Shown here one piece after another: positions 59,157 to 64,000 of a DNA stretch of 64,000 nt. The notes under the pieces are model-generated. The model did no database searches. It saw only the letters and a list, made by a program, of their open reading frames with translations, and had not been told where the DNA came from. The first letter of the stretch is position 1. Each line of letters opens with the position of its first letter. Made by a program: the position numbers and the translations under genes. Origin of the DNA: a bacterium (GTDB taxonomy: Bacteria > NPL-UPA2 > JAUVJM01); NCBI GenBank assembly GCA_030606215.1, contig JAUWGW010000007.1, forward strand, positions 1,615 to 65,614, written 5' to 3'.

Positions 59157-59573
59157 ATGGCAGAAGAAATTTCTCAGGAAAAAGAAAAACCCAGGATGCA
59201 TGGTTGTTTGAAGGGATGTTTAATCTTTCTGGGAGTATGTGTATTGGCATTCGTTGTAATGGTGGGTGTTGTCTATTACAAAGGGGAAGCCATTAAGACG
59301 TGGGCTGTTGAAAGGACGTTTGATACAATAGAGACAAGGTTTATGGATAATCTCCCGGAAGGTGTTGACAAAGAAGAAGTCAAGGAAACGCTGGAGCGTT
59401 TAAAAATAGTGGTCATTGAGGGGGAACTTTCAAGGAACGAAGTGAAAAAAATGCTGTCTGAATTTGAACGAGCGATGGAAGATGAGAAACTGGATGCTGA
59501 TGAAATCAATCATCTCCTTGAGGTAATTAATGAAGCTATAGAGCAAGGTTTCCCTGAAACAAGTTCAATATAG
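59157..59573 (+). CDS. Hypothetical membrane-anchored protein
   Basis: Single N-terminal TM helix, acidic C-terminal region. RBS GGAGG. Confidence 0.4.
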   Translation: MAEEISQEKEKPRMHGCLKGCLIFLGVCVLAFVVMVGVVYYKGEAIKTWAVERTFDTIETRFMDNLPEGVDKEEVKETLERLKIVVIEGELSRNEVKKMLSEFERAMEDEKLDADEINHLLEVINEAIEQGFPETSSI

Positions 59574-59574
59574 T

Positions 59575-60453
59575 ATGGAGGTTGGTGAAATGGAAGATAC
59601 GATAACTGCTGTAGTGCCTGTGTATAATGAAGAGGAGGCATTACGAGAAGTAATTGAAAAATTAAAGGTTGTGTTAAGCCAGGGCCAGTTCAAGTATGAA
59701 ATTATTGTAGTTGATGACGGTTCCAGTGATGGGACTTCCGAGATCTTAAGCAAGATTGATGGGATTCAGGTAGTTACTCACCCAACCAACTCGGGATATG
59801 GTAAAGCGTTGAAAACAGGTATAAGTCGTGCGAAAGGAAATTGGATCCTCATCATTGATGCTGATGGAAGCTATGAGGCAGGAGATGTGCCTGAGTTATT
59901 GGAACGCAGGAAGGAATGCGACATGGTGATTGGTTTAAGAAGAGGGAGAAAAACTTATGATTCACTTCTGAGAAAGCCGGCAAAGTGGTTTCTTAATAAA
60001 CTTGCAGGTTATCTCGCTGGAATAAACATTCCTGATTTGAATTCAGGATTGAGGGTGTTTAGAAAAGACCTCGCTCTCAAGTTCTGGCATCTTTTCCCGG
60101 ACCGTTTCTCTTTTACTACTACATTGACAATGTGTTTTTTAGCCAGCGGCCATACTATAGAATATGTAAACATAAATTACCTGAAGAGAATTGGCAAATC
60201 AAAGATCATGCCATCTAACTTTTTACAGTTCATAAACCTTGTGATTAGACTTGTGATCTATTTTGAACCGCTGAAAATTTTTGTTCCGGTGAGTCTTATT
60301 ATTTTCCTGCTCGGGGTCTTTTTTGCGCTTTATAGTTTTTTCTATCTTGATAGAATCATGGATGTTACGGTGGTAGTGCTTCTCCTTACATCCTTACAGA
60401 TCTTTTTCTTCGGGCTGCTTGCTGAACTAATAGTTAAAAGGTCGAGCAAATAG
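59575..60453 (+). CDS. GT2-family polyprenyl-phosphate sugar synthase (DPM1/GtrB/ArnC-like) with C-terminal TM helices
   Basis: VVPVYNEEE.., VVDDGSSDGT, DADG (DxD) motifs. Two C-terminal TM segments. Confidence 0.8.
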   Translation: MEVGEMEDTITAVVPVYNEEEALREVIEKLKVVLSQGQFKYEIIVVDDGSSDGTSEILSKIDGIQVVTHPTNSGYGKALKTGISRAKGNWILIIDADGSYEAGDVPELLERRKECDMVIGLRRGRKTYDSLLRKPAKWFLNKLAGYLAGINIPDLNSGLRVFRKDLALKFWHLFPDRFSFTTTLTMCFLASGHTIEYVNINYLKRIGKSKIMPSNFLQFINLVIRLVIYFEPLKIFVPVSLIIFLLGVFFALYSFFYLDRIMDVTVVVLLLTSLQIFFFGLLAELIVKRSSK

Positions 60454-62150
60454 TGGGATATAATTCCGAGCTACGCAATGTATATGCCATAAAGGCTCTG
60501 TCTCAGATAAATCGCCTCCTTGGTCTTCAGGACCGAAATTCGTTTTCTCCTACCTACGGATGTTTTCATCGTGACTACTGGTTGTATAAAACCTCTGATT
60601 TTCCAGATGCTGTGCGGCAGTTTGGTGTTCATGCATTAGCCATGGTTTACAAATATGACTTTCCAGAGAACATTTACAGAGGGAATCAAAGAGTGAGGGA
60701 TTGGGCGATTGCAGGACTTAGCTTCTGGACAAATATCCAGCATAAAGACGGCTCTTTTGATGAATTTTATCCTTATGAGCGGGGTTGGGTTGGACCAACA
60801 GCGTTTACTACCTTTGCATGTATTGAAGCTTATCAGATATTAAAGGATGAAATTCCAAAAGATGCGAGCAGAAACATAATTTCAGCTATCCGTCGAGCAG
60901 CCTGTTTCATAGCTCGGGGTGAGGCAGAAAAGGATGACCTTGCCAACCACCACGCTATGGCTTGCCTGGCACTATGGAAAGCATATGAGCTTCTGTCAGA
61001 TGACAATCTGAGAATTGGTTTTGATAAGGCGTGGAAGAATTTCCTTTCTTATCACAATAGTGAAGAGGGATGGTCACGGGAATATGATGGAGTTGACCCG
61101 GGCTATCTTTCAGCTACCGTCTCATTCCTTGGCAAGATTTATCAGACAAATCCTGCCACGGAAATACTTGATGTGCTTCACCAGTCAGTTAAATTCTGCA
61201 GTTTTTTTCTTTACCCGGATGGTTTTTATGGCGGAAGTCTCGGCAGCCGTAACACGCTGCATTTTTATCCTCATGGTTTTGAAATTCTGGCGGGTAAGAT
61301 TCCGCTGGCAGCGTCAATTGCGGAAGCAGGGCTGCGCGCATTGGCTGAAGGGAAATTGGTGCCGCCTGAGATTATGTCCGACAGATATGTTTTTTATCGT
61401 GTGCCTGAATTTTTGCAAGCTTATCTGGATTATTCACCAAGACCGGTTGAATTGTCTCCTTTACCTTACGAAGAAACTTCTTTTGTTCATTATTTTCCTG
61501 GGGCAGGCATCTTCGTCGCTGCCAGAGACAAAAATTATATAGTTGCCAACCTTTCTAAGGGAGGCGTGGTCAAAATCTTTGACCGTGAGCGTAAAAAGAT
61601 ACTCCTTAATGATTGTGGGATAATTGGGTGTTTATCCAACGGTAAAGCTGTGACATCGCAGTGGATAGACTTAGGATACTCACGCAGTGTGGATGGTATG
61701 AGTTGGGAGGTAACCGGTTATATGAATGAGGTGCCATCAAATAAACTGTTGACTCCCTTAAAGAATATAGTTTTCAGGATGGTGCTGGTAGCTTTAGGGT
61801 GGAATCCTCGTCTATCCCACATACTTAAAGGCAGGATTCGCAGTGCACTCATTCTTGGCTGCCGTAGAGCGCCGGTTTGGTTCAAGCGCTCTTTCTCCAT
61901 GAATGGTAATGGGGTGGTAATAACAAATGAATTGAATCTGGAGGGTAATGCGCGGTTTCAAACATTATCGATAGGTGGAGAATTCTCTGTGCGTTATGTT
62001 CCACAAAGCAGGTATTTTCAAAGTCAGGAACTTTGTTCTCCAAACGGGGAGCTGAACCGGGAAGAGATAGATAGATTTAACAGAAGTAAGACAATAAAGG
62101 TAAATTGTGTGCTGGCACCTGATACTACTTTGCATTGGACAATTAGATGA
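60453..62150 (+). CDS. Hypothetical 565-aa protein (no recognised domain; possibly a glycan-active alpha/alpha-barrel-like enzyme)
   Basis: Long ORF in operon context between the GT2 and UPF0104 genes. ATGA overlap with the GT2 stop. Confidence 0.4.
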   Translation: MGYNSELRNVYAIKALSQINRLLGLQDRNSFSPTYGCFHRDYWLYKTSDFPDAVRQFGVHALAMVYKYDFPENIYRGNQRVRDWAIAGLSFWTNIQHKDGSFDEFYPYERGWVGPTAFTTFACIEAYQILKDEIPKDASRNIISAIRRAACFIARGEAEKDDLANHHAMACLALWKAYELLSDDNLRIGFDKAWKNFLSYHNSEEGWSREYDGVDPGYLSATVSFLGKIYQTNPATEILDVLHQSVKFCSFFLYPDGFYGGSLGSRNTLHFYPHGFEILAGKIPLAASIAEAGLRALAEGKLVPPEIMSDRYVFYRVPEFLQAYLDYSPRPVELSPLPYEETSFVHYFPGAGIFVAARDKNYIVANLSKGGVVKIFDRERKKILLNDCGIIGCLSNGKAVTSQWIDLGYSRSVDGMSWEVTGYMNEVPSNKLLTPLKNIVFRMVLVALGWNPRLSHILKGRIRSALILGCRRAPVWFKRSFSMNGNGVVITNELNLEGNARFQTLSIGGEFSVRYVPQSRYFQSQELCSPNGELNREEIDRFNRSKTIKVNCVLAPDTTLHWTIR

Positions 62151-63082
62151 TGGAGTTATCAAAACTTAGCGGGTGGAGACAGCGTAAAACGGTAGTGCGT
62201 GGCATAGTGCTATTTGCACTAACAGCCGGGATATTCCTTTTGTTGTTCAGGCGAATTAATCTGAGGTTGGTTCTTTCAACACTGAAAGAAATTTCGCCTG
62301 TTTACCTTGGATTGGCAACATTACTTACTTTATCTTTTCCTGTAATATCAGCACTGCGTTGGCAGATGATTCTAAGAACTATGGGACACAAAGTTGCATT
62401 CACTCGCTGCCTGCTAATCATTGTTGGTGTTTGGCCGATAAGTGCCATCTCGCCATCCAGAATAGGGGATCTTCTTAAGGTATATAGTCTGCGGCAGAGT
62501 GTTGATGCTTTGACGGTAACCGGCAGTGTGATTGCGGAACGTACCTTTGATATAATAGTGCTGGCCAGTCTTGCTCTATTCGGTGGTATCTTTTTTCGAA
62601 ACACGTATATAGTTTCCATATCAGCGGCTGTGTTTCTTCTTATCATCGTGGGTTTTCTACTCATACGTATTGACTTTCCCTTCCCCGGGAAAAAGAAGAT
62701 TCAGGTGAGAATCAATGAGCTATTCAATTCACTGCGGAAGATTGGCAAGAATTCAGGAGTACTTATTTTGATTATACTGCTAACAGTTGTCAATTGGTTT
62801 TCTTCAATTGTGCAGACAAAGGTTTTGTTTGAAGGAGTGGGAGCTAATGTTCCCTTGGGCTTCACTTTAGCGGCGCTGCCCGTGGCAATCTTTATAGGAC
62901 TACTTCCGATAACCATTGCGGGGATGGGGACAAGGGATGCGGCAATGATATCCTTATTTTCCGCTTTTGCAAGCAGTCATGAGACGCTTGCAGTAGCACT
63001 ACTTTACTCGTTTTTTGGTTACTGGCTTATGTCCATCATTGGCCTGCCGTTTATAAGAAAAGCACTGCAATTCAGGCGGTGA
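62147..63082 (+). CDS. UPF0104 / lysylphosphatidylglycerol-synthase-TM-like flippase-family membrane protein
   Basis: ~8 TM helices. N-terminal pattern (..RRINLRLVLSTLKE..) typical of UPF0104 proteins that pair with GT2 enzymes. ATGA overlap with the upstream stop. Confidence 0.6.
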   Translation: MMELSKLSGWRQRKTVVRGIVLFALTAGIFLLLFRRINLRLVLSTLKEISPVYLGLATLLTLSFPVISALRWQMILRTMGHKVAFTRCLLIIVGVWPISAISPSRIGDLLKVYSLRQSVDALTVTGSVIAERTFDIIVLASLALFGGIFFRNTYIVSISAAVFLLIIVGFLLIRIDFPFPGKKKIQVRINELFNSLRKIGKNSGVLILIILLTVVNWFSSIVQTKVLFEGVGANVPLGFTLAALPVAIFIGLLPITIAGMGTRDAAMISLFSAFASSHETLAVALLYSFFGYWLMSIIGLPFIRKALQFRR

Positions 63083-63118
63083 TAAGATATGGAACAGCTT
63101 TCACATCTTTCTATTCTT

Positions 63119-63991
63119 TTAGTCTGCAGTCTGTTCTAAAGATATCCATCCAGAAGGTTCCCCTTTTTCTTCAATCTTTGATATTAAGGATTCCAACCCA
63201 TCCGGGATTGGAGTGATAGTCATCTCATTGAAGGTAATTTGTGATTTTTCTCCCGCATCCTGAGACTTAAGTTCTACCCTGATTCTATTAACATTCCGTG
63301 ACAGGTTCATCTCAACCTCGTGGGAGAAGTTGCCTTTGGCATCTACATATGCGTAGGGGTGGGGCTTGTCCCCACCATGGGCGACCGCAAGGGTCGCCCC
63401 TACGCCGCACAACTCCTTACGTTCTGAGATGTCAAGTATAGTTATTGTTCCTCTGGAGCGGGGTTTACCAGTGCCAGTGATATGGAAACGATACATTCCT
63501 TTTGCAAGGTCTAAAGAGGTTGGGAGCTTTTTCTTGATTTCTATGGACCAGGACAATTCCTCCTGAGTTTTATCCCTGCCTTCGGCAGGCGGGAACCCAT
63601 GAACAAGATACCTGTAGAGTCCTCTCCCCAATGGCGGGTGCGCAATAGCACCCCTATTGTGTTTCCCCACACAATTTGTACTCGTATTCCAGGGGATAGG
63701 GGAGGGAGTATCAAAATGTGTCTTCATCCATCCAGCGCTGACAAATATCCAGAGAATAGTGAGTGCCATTCCTGTGAACATGAACCTCATTCTTCCTCTG
63801 CCCTCTTTGAGCAGTAAAAGCACCCAGAACAGGGCGAGCAATGCAAAACTCACAGTTACTGCCCCAACATGTGTCCATGGGAAATTGTGGAAGCTTCTGC
63901 CAAATCCAGGGAGGTGAAAACAGACAGTGCGAAATCTCTGCTCTAATAGTGGCAGATGACGGATTGGAAGTCCGAGCCCACCGGGGTTCAC
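63119..63991 (-). CDS. Hypothetical membrane-anchored protein
   Basis: ORF with one TM segment (VTVSFALLALFWVLLLL). No recognised domain. Confidence 0.35.
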   Translation of the reverse strand: MNPGGLGLPIRHLPLLEQRFRTVCFHLPGFGRSFHNFPWTHVGAVTVSFALLALFWVLLLLKEGRGRMRFMFTGMALTILWIFVSAGWMKTHFDTPSPIPWNTSTNCVGKHNRGAIAHPPLGRGLYRYLVHGFPPAEGRDKTQEELSWSIEIKKKLPTSLDLAKGMYRFHITGTGKPRSRGTITILDISERKELCGVGATLAVAHGGDKPHPYAYVDAKGNFSHEVEMNLSRNVNRIRVELKSQDAGEKSQITFNEMTITPIPDGLESLISKIEEKGEPSGWISLEQTAD

Positions 63992-64000
63992 GATAAAAAA

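Noticed and set aside
61015-61542. 175-aa alternate-frame ORF inside the 565-aa gene
   Set aside because: Same strand, different frame, fully contained in a longer ORF that has operon-coupled start and stop. Arg/Cys-rich composition suggests a frame artefact.
1-64000. Screen for tRNA, rRNA and CRISPR arrays
   Set aside because: No tRNA-like T-arm motifs (GGTTCGAATCC and similar) and no rRNA-like segments were found in intergenic regions. The only short repeats found are the irregularly spaced GTCATT-family elements, which are not CRISPR-like. Protein-coding genes leave no room for rRNA.

Overview
Bacterial chromosomal segment of moderate GC from an anaerobe with a Gram-negative-type envelope (Rnf complex, DUF39 homocysteine synthesis, lipid A/LPS-core genes). 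Coding density is high. From 5' to 3': (i) a plus-strand carbohydrate/cyclitol cluster at 1-14.2 kb (inositol-3-phosphate synthase, PfkB kinase, split transketolase, GH42-like hydrolase, two Gfo/Idh/MocA oxidoreductases, DegT-family aminotransferase, two URO-D-like proteins, AraA/FucI-like isomerase); (ii) a mazEF-like toxin-antitoxin pair, then thiE-thiC; (iii) a minus-strand block with lnt, a LysM/TPR L,D-transpeptidase, lgt, and an atypical rnf locus (rnfD-G-E-A, then epimerase, DPPR-synthase-like UbiA and PHP phosphoesterase, then rnfB; no rnfC in the window); (iv) an ~18 kb minus-strand LPS-core/lipid A super-cluster (lpxK, lpxL, msbA, two GT9 heptosyltransferases, GT2, two GT4, O-antigen-ligase-like, wzm/wzt, GalE-like epimerase) carrying two paralogous radical-SAM/SPASM + methyltransferase pairs, followed by map and a three-gene DUF39 homocysteine module; (v) a ~2.7 kb islet (YgiT zinc ribbon, lipoprotein, GIY-YIG protein, vapBC, cysteine-rich hypothetical) bounded by an imperfect ~70 bp direct repeat that duplicates the 5' end and promoter of the neighbouring COG2122 gene; (vi) carA-carB, in which CarA has all three glutaminase catalytic-triad residues substituted; (vii) comEA flanked by two tiny Lys-rich ORFs; (viii) an FAD oxidoreductase and an envelope-glycosylation module (large polytopic membrane protein, GT2 polyprenyl-phosphate sugar synthase, UPF0104 flippase-like protein). 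No rRNA, tRNA or CRISPR arrays were seen. A short palindromic intergenic repeat family (core GTCATT..GA..GAAG.AATCT) occurs at least four times. All functional calls rest on by-eye motif recognition in the supplied translations; no searches were run.
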